Below are positions 48,687-58,850 of a stretch of DNA of 64,000 nucleotides, in pieces. The notes beneath the pieces are model-generated. The model was not told the origin of the DNA, made no database searches, and saw nothing but the letters and a program-made list of their open reading frames with translations. Source of the DNA: an uncultured Chryseobacterium sp. (lineage in GTDB: Bacteria; Bacteroidota; Bacteroidia; Flavobacteriales_D; Sanyastnellaceae). Both the position numbers and the translations under genes were made by a program. Numbering within the stretch: the stretch's first letter is position 1; each line of letters begins with the position of its first letter. The stretch is taken from the NCBI GenBank assembly GCA_964385405.1, contig CAYLOT010000002.1:62168-126167 (forward strand). Reading direction: 5' to 3'.

Positions 48687-48697
48687 TAAATAGAGTT

Positions 48698-49405
48698 ATG
48701 GAAAAAGATGATCGTGTAAAACGGAAGTTTACCCCGCGCTCTTGGAACGAGTTAAAATCGAACGACAGTTGGAGTATATTTAAGATCCTATCAGAATTTG
48801 TTGAAGGTTACGAACGCTTGGCGGCCATTGGTCCGTGCGTTTCTATTTTCGGTTCTGCCCGAACCAAGCCAGACAATAAGTATTATTCAACTGCGAAAGA
48901 AATTGCATTCAAGCTAACACAGAAAGGGTATGGCGTTATAACCGGTGGAGGTCCCGGTATAATGGAGGCTGGTAACATCGGAGCGAAAGACGGTCAAGGA
49001 GCTAGCGTGGGTTTGAATATTAAACTGCCATTTGAGCAATACCCAAATCCGTATATCGATTACGACAAGAGCATAAACTTCGATTATTTCTTCGTTCGAA
49101 AGGTTATGTTTGTAAAGTATAGCCAGGGATTCGTGGTTATGCCTGGAGGATTCGGTACACTCGATGAATTTTTCGAGGCGTTAACACTAATTCAAACATA
49201 CAAGATAGGTCGCTTTCCAATTATTCTTGTCGGAAAGTCATTTTGGGAAGGATTGGTAGATTGGATTCAAAAAGTCTTACTTGAAACAGAGAACAACATC
49301 AACGAGGAGGATATGATGCTCTTCTCTGTAGTAGATACCGCCGATGAAGCCGTTGAGCAAATTGATAAATTCTACTCTGAGTATTTGCTTAAACCGAACT
49401 TCTGA
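48698..49405 (+). CDS. LOG-family nucleotide phosphoribohydrolase (TIGR00730)
   Basis: GGGPGIMEA and PGGFGTLDEFFE motifs. Confidence 0.8.
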   Translation: MEKDDRVKRKFTPRSWNELKSNDSWSIFKILSEFVEGYERLAAIGPCVSIFGSARTKPDNKYYSTAKEIAFKLTQKGYGVITGGGPGIMEAGNIGAKDGQGASVGLNIKLPFEQYPNPYIDYDKSINFDYFFVRKVMFVKYSQGFVVMPGGFGTLDEFFEALTLIQTYKIGRFPIILVGKSFWEGLVDWIQKVLLETENNINEEDMMLFSVVDTADEAVEQIDKFYSEYLLKPNF

Positions 49406-50172
49406 TGTCATCTTTTTTTGTAGCTATTCTATCTCCTTCAAAACTTATGAACGAAACAGTTCAAGAGTTTAATGGAGAGGCCACCTTACCCTCGTTCACG
49501 AAAGAGACAGAGATACTCTGTGCAGAATTGAAAAAGGTTTCGGTAGAGGAGTGGAAACATAAAATGAAGATTACAGACGAACTCGCGTTGAATACACAAG
49601 CACGGTTTCGAAAATGGAATAAGAAAGATTTGTCGAAGGGTATTCCTGCGGCTTTGTTGTTCAGCGGAGAAGCATTCAAGTCACTCGATGCTAGAACATT
49701 TTCAAAACCAAATTGGAAAACAGCCCAGCAATCGCTCCGAATACTCAGTGGTTTTTATGGTGTTCTGAAGCCAACAGATAATGTTCTTCCTTACCGATTA
49801 ATGGTTGGTACGCCTTATAAAACAACAGCTGGTAAAACACTCTATTCTTATTGGAGCGAGATTGTGACCAAGAATCTTGAAAGCGAAATTGCTCCCGACG
49901 GGTTTTTACTCAATTTGTCTTCAGACGAGTATTTTAAAATCATAGACACCAAGAGGTTCAATCGCAAGATTCTTCATTTCAAATTTTTTCAATTGAAGGG
50001 AAAAGAAATGAAAAGCATTCCGACATTTTCTAAACAGGCAAGAGGGAGCATGGCGAGATTCGTTATTGAGTCCAATGCCAACTCTATTGAAACGCTCAAA
50101 CAATTCAACGAAGAAGGTTATTCCTTCAATGAAAAATTAAGCGATGAGAATACCTTGGTGTTCGTTCGTTAA
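49405..50172 (+). CDS. yaaA: YaaA (DUF328) peroxide-stress family protein
   Basis: N-terminal AILSPSKLM (the ISP(A/S)K signature) and conserved LSSDEYFK block. 255 aa. Confidence 0.7.
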   Translation: MSSFFVAILSPSKLMNETVQEFNGEATLPSFTKETEILCAELKKVSVEEWKHKMKITDELALNTQARFRKWNKKDLSKGIPAALLFSGEAFKSLDARTFSKPNWKTAQQSLRILSGFYGVLKPTDNVLPYRLMVGTPYKTTAGKTLYSYWSEIVTKNLESEIAPDGFLLNLSSDEYFKIIDTKRFNRKILHFKFFQLKGKEMKSIPTFSKQARGSMARFVIESNANSIETLKQFNEEGYSFNEKLSDENTLVFVR

Positions 50173-50173
50173 A

Positions 50174-50788
50174 TCAGAACAAGCCGTTTAATTGAGCTTC
50201 AATACCGCTGATGATGGTACCTAAATCTTCCGGATTCTCATGAAAGCGATTGTTGTCGATGTCAATAATCAAAATTTTCCCTTTGTTGTACGTGGTAATC
50301 CAAGCTTCATAGCGCTCGTTCAAGCGAGTTAAGTAATCTAAGCGAATAGCTTCTTCATAGTCACGTCCGCGCTTCTGAATGTTTTGAACCAAGGTTGGAA
50401 CAGAAGCTCTGAGGTAGATTAACAAATCTGGTGGAGTTATAAATTCATCCATTACACCAAATAAATCAGTGTAGTTTTCGAAATCACGCGTAGTCATTAA
50501 CCCCATTGCATGCAAATTCGGAGCGAAGATGTATGCGTCTTCATAAATAGTGCGGTCTTGCACAATTTTCTTCGACTTCTTCTTTATATCAATCAATTGT
50601 CTGAAACGACTTCTTAAGAAGAACACCTGCAAGTTGAAAGACCAACGTTGCATGTCTTTGTAGAAATCGCTTAAATAAGGGTTGTTATCTACTTCTTCGA
50701 AATGAGCGGTGTATTTGTAGTGCTTCGCAATTAAAGTTGTGAGCGTAGTTTTTCCTGAACCGATGTTTCCGGCAATAGCTATATGCAT
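50174..50788 (-). CDS. deoxynucleoside kinase
   Basis: P-loop IAIAGNIGSGKTTL and an ERS-like motif. 204 aa. Confidence 0.85.
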   Translation of the reverse strand: MHIAIAGNIGSGKTTLTTLIAKHYKYTAHFEEVDNNPYLSDFYKDMQRWSFNLQVFFLRSRFRQLIDIKKKSKKIVQDRTIYEDAYIFAPNLHAMGLMTTRDFENYTDLFGVMDEFITPPDLLIYLRASVPTLVQNIQKRGRDYEEAIRLDYLTRLNERYEAWITTYNKGKILIIDIDNNRFHENPEDLGTIISGIEAQLNGLF

Positions 50789-50847
50789 AATTCGTTTAGG
50801 TAATAATCAGGTTCGAAAGTAGAGAAAAAATGTGGATTTTCGAAGGC

Positions 50848-51639
50848 TTATTTCTTTAAGTTTTCAAGAATAGGTATTTCTCGTTTCAAGCCCGTGCTTG
50901 GCTCGAAATAGAAGGGTTTGTCTTCGCACATCATCCACTCAATTCCTCTCCGCAATTCGTGCGTGTCGAAATAACGAATAACCTCCGGTTTAGGTTGGTT
51001 GTTTTCCCAAGAGAAAAGCATGTTTCCCATGCGGAAATAAATACAGTTATTCCATTGATAAACGAAATCCGAGGTCGTGTATCCAGTAATGGTTTCCAGT
51101 TGCCCAAACAGAGAGAATATGATGATTCCTTTTTCAGAATCAATGAAATAAACACGCTGTCCATTTTCTATAATTTGTTTGGGTTGAAGAGATGATTTTG
51201 AAAGTGGAGAGAGGTAGGCTGATTTACTTTGAATTTCGAATTTTCTATTTGCTCTAATAAGGGTGCTTTCATTGGAGTTGTATAGCCAAATTGCATCGCC
51301 TTTAGATCCTCCTACACATGTTATTTGTCCTTGAAAGCGTTCGTTTAAGAAAATAGGGTCTTCTAAAACATTCAACGTGTTGTCTAAAAATACCAGAGAG
51401 CCTTGATCTTCAAAAAAAAGAAACGGAACCAACGGATTAGTCAAATCTAATTGAGCAGAAGTTCCATATTGCAACGTACTCAATCTAAAATCCATGTTGA
51501 AGTTGGAACTGTGTTTTGTTATGTGGTCTGCATATATTTCATAAGTGTTTCCTAACGCATCGCACTGAATGCGAAGTTGTGCTTGTATGTTGAACACAAG
51601 CACAAATAGGTAAACTGAAATTAAAAGGAAAGTTCTCAT
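50848..51639 (-). CDS. secreted hypothetical protein
   Basis: Signal peptide MRTFLLISVYLFVLVFNIQAQ. 263 aa. Overlaps the GH3 gene stop, which suggests co-transcription. Confidence 0.45.
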   Translation of the reverse strand: MRTFLLISVYLFVLVFNIQAQLRIQCDALGNTYEIYADHITKHSSNFNMDFRLSTLQYGTSAQLDLTNPLVPFLFFEDQGSLVFLDNTLNVLEDPIFLNERFQGQITCVGGSKGDAIWLYNSNESTLIRANRKFEIQSKSAYLSPLSKSSLQPKQIIENGQRVYFIDSEKGIIIFSLFGQLETITGYTTSDFVYQWNNCIYFRMGNMLFSWENNQPKPEVIRYFDTHELRRGIEWMMCEDKPFYFEPSTGLKREIPILENLKK

Positions 51640-53141
51640 TTGTTCAATTCAATTAATTCTTCTAACCACACACGATCCGTTGCTAATCTCGGTATTTTGT
51701 GCTGGCCGCCTAATTTGTTTTTCTGCTTCAGCCAATCATAAAACACATCTTTCTTTCCCTTGTGAACGATTGGAAATCCCAAATTCATGTTCGTGTTTCG
51801 CTTCGCGTCGTAATCTGAATTTTCATCGCGTAAGTTTTCATCTAACAAAAAACAAAAACGATCAAAATCGAAATCAGTATTTTCAAATTCAATAAACCAC
51901 TCATGCGCTGCGGTTACATTTTCTGTTGGGAATGAAGGTGCAACGGTAAATTCTACTACGTGAATATTCATGTGTGTACAAGTCCTGCGCAATGCGCTTT
52001 CTGCGTTTTCTACCATAAGTTCTTCTCCGGTAAGATTAATGAACTGCTTCGTTCGACCAACAATTCGGAACCGAAAAGGGTAGAGGTGGGTGAAGCGAAT
52101 GGTATCTCCAATGAGATATCTCCAAAGGCCAGTATTGGTTGTAATGACCAGTGCATAAACACGGTTGAGTTCAACTTCCTCAAGAGAAAGCGCGCGAGGT
52201 TTTTCATAATTCAATTCTTCAAGCGGAATGAATTCATAATAGACCCCGTAATCCAACATCAATAACATTTCATTGGAATTCAATTGGTCTTGAATTCCGA
52301 AGAATCCTTCGCTCGCGTTGTATGTTTCAAAATAATCTGTTGTGCCGTTCGGAAGAATCGCATTGAATTGCTCGCGATATGGAGCGAAGCTAATTCCTCC
52401 GTGCATGTACATCTGTAGGTTTGGCCATACCTCATGAATGTGATTGGCCTTTTTTAGTTCTAATATTCTTCGAAGTAGGAGTAAAGTCCAACTAGGAACC
52501 CCAGACAGAACTCGAACATCTTCGTTCATGGTGTTCAGCGCCATGGCGTCGAGTTTCTCTTCCCAATTGTCCATAAGAGAAATCTCTCGTTGAGGAACGC
52601 GTTTCATTTCCACCCAGAAGGGTAAGTTGGAAATAATTATTCCGCTTAAATCGCCAATGGTGTTTTCTTCTTCTACACTCATCTTTGTGCTTCCTCCAAC
52701 GATCAATGTTTTTCCTGAAAACAAATCTGCATTTTCACGAAGCTGATAAAATATTGCAAGCAGGTCTTTTCCTCCTTTGTAATGTCCCTCTTCTAAATTC
52801 TCATTTGAAATAGGGATGAATTTGCTGCGACTGTTTGTTGTGCCTGAACTTTTAGCGAACCATTTCGTTTTTCCTGGCCACAAGACATTTCCTTCCCCGT
52901 GAATCATTCGTTCAATGTAGGGGAAGTGTTCTTCGTAACTACGAATAGGAATGGCCTTACGGAAATCTTGCACCGAATGAATGTGTTCAAACTTGTGTTC
53001 TTTTCCAAATGAAGTTAAAGCAGCTTCATCAATGAGTTTTTGTCGAATTTCCTCTTGCACTTCGATTGGATATTGCTTGAACAACTCCATTTGATGAAGT
53101 CGCTTTTTAATTACCCAACCGAATACAGTATTGCCCGCCAT
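51636..53141 (-). CDS. GH3 (auxin-responsive-promoter-like) family adenylating enzyme homolog
   Basis: 501 aa whose length and N-terminus (LHQMELFKQYPIEVQEEI) resemble the bacteroidetal GH3-family proteins. Adenylation-type SSGTT motif. Confidence 0.7.
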   Translation of the reverse strand: MAGNTVFGWVIKKRLHQMELFKQYPIEVQEEIRQKLIDEAALTSFGKEHKFEHIHSVQDFRKAIPIRSYEEHFPYIERMIHGEGNVLWPGKTKWFAKSSGTTNSRSKFIPISNENLEEGHYKGGKDLLAIFYQLRENADLFSGKTLIVGGSTKMSVEEENTIGDLSGIIISNLPFWVEMKRVPQREISLMDNWEEKLDAMALNTMNEDVRVLSGVPSWTLLLLRRILELKKANHIHEVWPNLQMYMHGGISFAPYREQFNAILPNGTTDYFETYNASEGFFGIQDQLNSNEMLLMLDYGVYYEFIPLEELNYEKPRALSLEEVELNRVYALVITTNTGLWRYLIGDTIRFTHLYPFRFRIVGRTKQFINLTGEELMVENAESALRRTCTHMNIHVVEFTVAPSFPTENVTAAHEWFIEFENTDFDFDRFCFLLDENLRDENSDYDAKRNTNMNLGFPIVHKGKKDVFYDWLKQKNKLGGQHKIPRLATDRVWLEELIELNK

Positions 53142-53213
53142 AGTATTGCTCTTGTTTCAAACAAAAATGCCCTCTAAGATAAACCTAGAGGGCATTGTAG
53201 AAAAAAGTTTTTA

Positions 53214-56200
53214 TTAGCGAATCAAGTTCAAGTGTCCTTGAATTTCAAAACGCTCTCCAGTAGATTTCGATACAACGATTGCTGTCCAGTTATAGACTCC
53301 TTCAGGGCAGTAATATGCGCCATTGTATGTGTTTCCGGTCCAAGCCGTAGACGGATTGGTTGAGCTGAAGACGATATCACCCCAACGATTAAAGACTTCT
53401 AGCTTGAAACGGGTTTCATCGATGTCACTTCCAACCATCATAACCACATCATTCAAACCATCATTGTTCGGCGTGAATGTGTTTGGAAGGTAATATTGGA
53501 AAATGTTACGAATGATAATAGACCCCTCAATGAAGTCGGTACATCCGTTAACATCTGTAACAGTCAATCGAACAGGATACTCTCCACCGGTTCCTTGTGG
53601 GAAAGTGAAGGTTGGATTTTGCGCTGAAGAATTGCCAAGCGGTGCTCCAATATTGAAAATCCAATCGTATGTCACAATGTTTCCAAGTGACTGATCCGTG
53701 AAGTTAATAACGGTGTTGTTCGCGTCAGTAGGCTGTGGATCTGCAATGTAGCCTGCTACCGGAGGATCAAAAGACGTCAGGAAGTTAGGAATACTAGTGC
53801 TATAGGTACAGCCAATAGCTGTTACTACTGAGAGAGTCACATCGTAGGTTCCTGGTGTAGCAAAGTTTAAATCAAGTTGATTTTGATTTAATTGGTAAGT
53901 ACCGTCACTAATTTCCCATGCCATATTTTGATAGGTACTTGGATCGGTAGTGTTAATTAACGTAAGTGTCTCTGGCCAACAGCTTGAAGGATCTGGAGAA
54001 GTGAATGTAACCGCTACATCTGGCGCAACATCTACGTTGAAGCACTGCGTAATGGTGTAACCGCAATCATCTACAACTGTTAAACAGGCTTGTCCACTTA
54101 CTGTTGGATTAATCATTGCGTCCGGAGTATTCGCTACCACAGTTCCGTTGTATGTCCACTCATAAGTAAACGGAGCTTGACCAGAAGCTTGTGTCAATTG
54201 ATCCAAGTTTAAGTCGCCCATATAGCAAATGGAAGTATCGTTAGCAATGGTCATTGTCGTTGGGCCAGCAAAAGCAATGTTCAGCGTAGAGAACAAAGAG
54301 CATGTTCCGAGTGTAACCGTGTATGTGTAATTTCCAGAAGGCATGGTTAACGGATCGAAAATTCCAAATGGTACTACAGCATTACTAGGGTTGGTCCAAA
54401 CTCCAGTTGTTACTGGTGTTCCTCCCAATTGAGTAAGCATGTCGAATGCAGGGTCTGTTGAGCAAATATTGATCGCGTTATCTATTCCTGGATCACCGAC
54501 AGGATCAATACTTACGATAACTTGATCTGTGCTGGCACAATCGGGATGTCCAACGGGATAACCAACTAGGGTATAAGTTGTTTGTTGATCCAAAGAACTC
54601 ATGGTTGGCTGTGGAATATTTGGATTATTCAAATTCGCAGAGGGTGTCCATTCCCAGGTGTATTGTGGGCCACCATTGGTGCAATTCACATCGTACGTCC
54701 AAGGTTGGTAAGAACCGCTTGAACAAGCGACTGATCCATCCGAAGTGAATGTAATTGTAATACATCCTGTAGGATTTGTTGCAGTCCAAGACTGTCCTGT
54801 AGCATCACCAGTATTCCAAGTGCCAATCTGTGGTGAGGCAGTATTTGGCCCATCATAGACATTGAAGTTTTCAAAAAAGCCTTCCATTTGTCCCGATATA
54901 AAATCGAAGGTCATAAACGAAACACCATCATTCTGAACATCCGGACAGAAGGTCCAAGTAAAGTTCTCCCCATTGCCGTAGCAATAATTGAATACCCCTC
55001 CATCTTGCGCACAACTCGGAGTCGGAATACCTTGGAAGCCACCTTGAAGGGTTAAGTCCCCACATGAATAAATCTGATCAGGCCCAGCTGTAATGGTCAA
55101 CGGTTCTGTGAAAGTAATTTGAATGGTAGAGTCGAAAGAACAGCCGAAGTTGTTTACTACGTGGTAAGTGTAATCGTAGGTTCCGGGTCCCGGAGGATCG
55201 ATGGTTGCAATGTCAGCATCGGGATCAATAACAACGATATTCGGACCGGTCCAATAAGACGAATCCGAATCAATTCCAATGGAAGGAGTGAAGGTTGTAA
55301 TTCCTGGGAATAAAGCTGGATTGAAGTTAATTCCCCAATAGAAGATGTAACCATTATCAATTGCGAGGTTGTCAGTTACGGTAAAAGTCCACGCACCATT
55401 GAGCGGACAACCAACCAAATCGCACATGTTTCCTGCAGCAGAGTATGTTCCCGGTGTTAATGAGTTTCCTGGAGTTGGACCACCAGTCGGAGTAGTTAAT
55501 CCGGCAGCAGCAGCTTGGCCCCACGTTCCATTGGTGGAAGTAGGTGCCCAATAATAATCTGAACCAACGCCTGGGTTCGTTGAACCGTCATCGATAGCTT
55601 CTCCAAGGAAAGTTCCGCCACCTCCGTTGGTTCCCCAAGTTACAAGATCGACCGTTGTTCCGTTTGGACAGGTGATTGAAATTCCAAGGTCGCCCATGTA
55701 GCTGTGCTCCATGTTAACCATGATGCTATATAAATCCGCACAGGTAGACAGTGTTGCTCCGGCTTCAAAAAAGTCGAAGTTCAGCGAAGTGGAATATGAA
55801 AACCCCGCGCCATCAGCCAAATAGGTTGTACCAGCAACCACCTGAGGAGGCAGTGCTGTCCATTGCGTGCTTTGAGCTGACCCCGTTAAAATAACCTGTT
55901 CACCGAAACAAGTCGTTTCAGTAATGTTGTTCAATTCAGGGAAGGTGGGAATCGTTGAAACCAATACCTGCAGTGGGGTAGTGTTTAAACTCTGACATCC
56001 GTTGTTATCTTCAACAGTAAGAGTTACAACATATTCACCTGGTTCATTGAATGTATGCGATGTAAGCTGTCCCGATAAACTGTCAATGGTGCCATCGTCG
56101 AAATTCCAGAAGTATTGTTCAAGAGTAAAACCGGGTTCTGCGAAAGAGCCGACACCACTGAAGTCAATTTCGTCTCCAATACAAATCGATACAGTTTGTT

Positions 56201-56744
56201 CTGGCCCATCGGGGGATGGATTGGAAATAACAGAATTCTGAGTTGGAGGGGCACAAGGCGTAGTGCAAGAAATAGCAGCTTCGAACCCAGGCGATGTACT
56301 GTTCGCGTTTCCATTATCTGAAAAAACTATGGTCAAACACCCAGAAGGATTATTCACTGTTCCAGTTACTTGAAGCCCTTGTAGTGTATTTCCCGTGTAA
56401 CTACCCAATTGAGCGGCACTTGTGTTGGGACCGTCGAAAATAGTGAAGTAATCACTGTTGTTAGCATTGGGGGAAGTTTGTAAAGCAAATGCAGAGAAGT
56501 CCAATTGAATAACATCACCAGGTGTATCCGGACAGATAGTCATGGTGTAGTTCGCATCAGGGTATGGATTTCCGCCACCCGCATCAAATAAAGATCCTGT
56601 GCACGTTGATATAGTTGTAGAACTCATACAGAAGTTCCCAGGTACATTACAATCAAGCTGTGCGAATGCAGTTGAAGAAAAAAGAAAAAGAATAGCTGCG
56701 TGTAAGAATTTATTCATTCTTGTGTTTGGTTTGATTTTAGACAT
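53214..56744 (-). CDS. large cell-surface protein with T9SS type-B C-terminal sorting domain
   Basis: Signal peptide. 1176 aa, T/G/N/P-rich with PKD-like segments. The C-terminus YYLPNTFTPNNDGLNDVVMM...FNRWGDIVFSS...WTGN...PEGVYNW matches the gliding-motility-associated C-terminal (type B) domain. Confidence 0.8.
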   Translation of the reverse strand: MSKIKPNTRMNKFLHAAILFLFSSTAFAQLDCNVPGNFCMSSTTISTCTGSLFDAGGGNPYPDANYTMTICPDTPGDVIQLDFSAFALQTSPNANNSDYFTIFDGPNTSAAQLGSYTGNTLQGLQVTGTVNNPSGCLTIVFSDNGNANSTSPGFEAAISCTTPCAPPTQNSVISNPSPDGPEQTVSICIGDEIDFSGVGSFAEPGFTLEQYFWNFDDGTIDSLSGQLTSHTFNEPGEYVVTLTVEDNNGCQSLNTTPLQVLVSTIPTFPELNNITETTCFGEQVILTGSAQSTQWTALPPQVVAGTTYLADGAGFSYSTSLNFDFFEAGATLSTCADLYSIMVNMEHSYMGDLGISITCPNGTTVDLVTWGTNGGGGTFLGEAIDDGSTNPGVGSDYYWAPTSTNGTWGQAAAAGLTTPTGGPTPGNSLTPGTYSAAGNMCDLVGCPLNGAWTFTVTDNLAIDNGYIFYWGINFNPALFPGITTFTPSIGIDSDSSYWTGPNIVVIDPDADIATIDPPGPGTYDYTYHVVNNFGCSFDSTIQITFTEPLTITAGPDQIYSCGDLTLQGGFQGIPTPSCAQDGGVFNYCYGNGENFTWTFCPDVQNDGVSFMTFDFISGQMEGFFENFNVYDGPNTASPQIGTWNTGDATGQSWTATNPTGCITITFTSDGSVACSSGSYQPWTYDVNCTNGGPQYTWEWTPSANLNNPNIPQPTMSSLDQQTTYTLVGYPVGHPDCASTDQVIVSIDPVGDPGIDNAINICSTDPAFDMLTQLGGTPVTTGVWTNPSNAVVPFGIFDPLTMPSGNYTYTVTLGTCSLFSTLNIAFAGPTTMTIANDTSICYMGDLNLDQLTQASGQAPFTYEWTYNGTVVANTPDAMINPTVSGQACLTVVDDCGYTITQCFNVDVAPDVAVTFTSPDPSSCWPETLTLINTTDPSTYQNMAWEISDGTYQLNQNQLDLNFATPGTYDVTLSVVTAIGCTYSTSIPNFLTSFDPPVAGYIADPQPTDANNTVINFTDQSLGNIVTYDWIFNIGAPLGNSSAQNPTFTFPQGTGGEYPVRLTVTDVNGCTDFIEGSIIIRNIFQYYLPNTFTPNNDGLNDVVMMVGSDIDETRFKLEVFNRWGDIVFSSTNPSTAWTGNTYNGAYYCPEGVYNWTAIVVSKSTGERFEIQGHLNLIR

Positions 56745-56833
56745 CTTTCACAAGGAAATGGTTGCTTCCAAAATTCTGAAATTTAGTCGATGCGAATTTA
56801 GCAAAAATAGAGGCAGTGTCAACAAGATTTATA

Positions 56834-56862
56834 TCAAACAAAAGGGCCTTCGAAAAGGCCCT
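56834..56862 (-). terminator. terminator for the sigma/anti-sigma operon (minus strand)
   Basis: gggcctt-cgaa-aaggccc with a U-run on the minus-strand side. Confidence 0.55.
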
Positions 56863-56887
56863 AAAGTTTAGGTATTTGAGGTTTTGG

Positions 56888-58162
56888 TTAAGGTACAATA
56901 GTCAATGTTCCGCTGTAGTAACGAGCATCGTTGCCGTTTTCTCCATAGATTAAAACAATCCAAGGGAATTGTTGTCCCGCAGCGGCTTTTTTTCCGTTCT
57001 TCATTTCACCCTTCCACGCTTTTGTTTTGGAAGTTGATTCGAAGATAATGTTTTCGCCATCATAAATGGAAAGCTTGAACTTATTTCCTACTTTTTCCAG
57101 AGCGTCGGGCATGAATGCAATGTCATGTTCACTCATTTTTAAAACAGCACCTAAGTTGAAATCAGCATTCACGTGAACTATTTTCACTTGCTCATCCTTA
57201 CAACCGAAGGCGTTTTGAACCTCTAGAATAACCGGTTGCTTGCCTTTAGAATTATAGATAACACTAGGTGAAACTTCTGTTGACGTTCTGTTTTCGCTGA
57301 ATTTCCATACGAAGCTTGTCGCATTCACACTCGTATTAACGAACTTGGCAGTAGGCTCGCCTACAGGACTGTTGGTATAAGACCACTCGAAATCGGCTTC
57401 AGGCTTCGGGTTTATAGTAATCAAATCACGCATTGCGATGGTCGAGATTTGACCGTCATTTGGATTCGTTACAGAAAGAGATACATCAAAAGTTCCAGAT
57501 TTCTTAAATATGTGTATTGGGTTCTCTTGATTTGAGAAACTACCGTCGCCAAAATTCCACAAATAACTTCCGTTCTTCGGACTGTTTTTGGCTGTGAAAT
57601 TAACTTCAGCTCCGGCGCATGCCGTGCGAACACTCGGTTCAATAAGTAGCGATTTGTTTTTGTTCTCCGAACGCTCGGCTACTACAACATCGGTGTTTTG
57701 GTCAGAAGCATTGCTTTTGCTGCTCTCTGGGTTTGAGACAGAAGTTGAATTATTGTCCGCAGTAGATATTCCTTCTGCGTTCAGGTTCTTATCAGCACTC
57801 GAAGATTTTGATGTAATTACATCCTTATTGAATTCCGAAATTATTCCTGTTAGTCCGTTGGATGCAGAACTATTATCGAGATTAATTTCATTCGGTGAAG
57901 AAGTAGTGTTTTCAACTCCAGTTGCATTCGGTGTCGATTGTGCAGTCGTTTTGTTCTCGCTACCTATTACAAGGTATCCGGAAACTCCAACAATCGTTAC
58001 TACGGCAGCAAACCCGCCCCAAAGTGCTAAGCTACTGAAGAGACGCTTGCGCATAAGTCTGCGACTTACTTGTGTATATTCAGAAGAGCTGTAAGGAATC
58101 TCGTAATTTCTATAAGCGTCCTGAATTCCTTGTTCAAATTTATCCAACGGGTTAATGTTCAT
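56888..58162 (-). CDS. membrane-spanning anti-sigma-factor-like protein with extracytoplasmic PKD domains
   Basis: Cytoplasmic N-terminus, one TM helix (LALWGGFAAVVTIVGVSGYLVIG), and periplasmic PKD-like repeats (YLWNFGDGSFS...FDVSLSVTN). Overlaps the upstream ECF sigma gene's stop. Confidence 0.55.
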   Translation of the reverse strand: MNINPLDKFEQGIQDAYRNYEIPYSSSEYTQVSRRLMRKRLFSSLALWGGFAAVVTIVGVSGYLVIGSENKTTAQSTPNATGVENTTSSPNEINLDNSSASNGLTGIISEFNKDVITSKSSSADKNLNAEGISTADNNSTSVSNPESSKSNASDQNTDVVVAERSENKNKSLLIEPSVRTACAGAEVNFTAKNSPKNGSYLWNFGDGSFSNQENPIHIFKKSGTFDVSLSVTNPNDGQISTIAMRDLITINPKPEADFEWSYTNSPVGEPTAKFVNTSVNATSFVWKFSENRTSTEVSPSVIYNSKGKQPVILEVQNAFGCKDEQVKIVHVNADFNLGAVLKMSEHDIAFMPDALEKVGNKFKLSIYDGENIIFESTSKTKAWKGEMKNGKKAAAGQQFPWIVLIYGENGNDARYYSGTLTIVP

Positions 58163-58733
58163 TCGCCGCGTTAATTTTATTTTTTAATAATATCTTTTTC
58201 ATGTTCTTCTTGGCCTTGGCGTAGTTACTTTTTGAGGTCCCTAAACTAATGCCTAGTTTCTCACTAATTTCTTGGTGAGAAAAGTTTTCGAAGACATACA
58301 AGTTGAAAACTGTACGATAGACAGGTGTCAATTGCTGCATGGCTTCCACAATGTGGTGGGGTTGAAAGTCGTATATGTCTGATTCCTGCTCGTCTTCCTC
58401 ATCTGCGCTTTCTTCTACAAAGTGCTTCGAATTTTCCAAATCAAGATTTACATGGTGTTTCTTCTTTCGGTATTGGTCAATGGATAAATTCACCATAATA
58501 CGTCTAATCCATCCCTCTAAAGATCCGTTCCCTTCAAATTTTTCCAAGCTGGAGAAAACTTTTATGAAACCGTCCTGCACCATGTCTTTCGCTTCATCTG
58601 TAGAACTTGCATAACGCAAGCAAACAGCCTTCATCTTCCCGTAATACATTTTATAAATAGCATGTTGGCTTCGGCTGTCTCCTTTAAGGCAGCCGTCAAT
58701 CAGTTCTTGTTGGGAGCGTTCTGTTGACACCAA
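58152..58733 (-). CDS. ECF-subfamily RNA polymerase sigma-70 factor
   Basis: Region 2 (FIKVFSSLEKFEGNGSLEGWIRRIMVN) and region 4 (ENFSHQEISEKLGISLGTSKSNYAKAKKNM). Confidence 0.85.
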   Translation of the reverse strand: MVSTERSQQELIDGCLKGDSRSQHAIYKMYYGKMKAVCLRYASSTDEAKDMVQDGFIKVFSSLEKFEGNGSLEGWIRRIMVNLSIDQYRKKKHHVNLDLENSKHFVEESADEEDEQESDIYDFQPHHIVEAMQQLTPVYRTVFNLYVFENFSHQEISEKLGISLGTSKSNYAKAKKNMKKILLKNKINAANEH

Positions 58734-58850
58734 TAATTTGCGTTAAGACGAGATTAATTTCAAGGGTTGCCTCAAAGGGCCTAATCAAATGTAGTTCTTT
58801 CTTTTTGTTTTATTGAAGCTATTTCGATTTGTCTCAACTAATTTTGCAAA

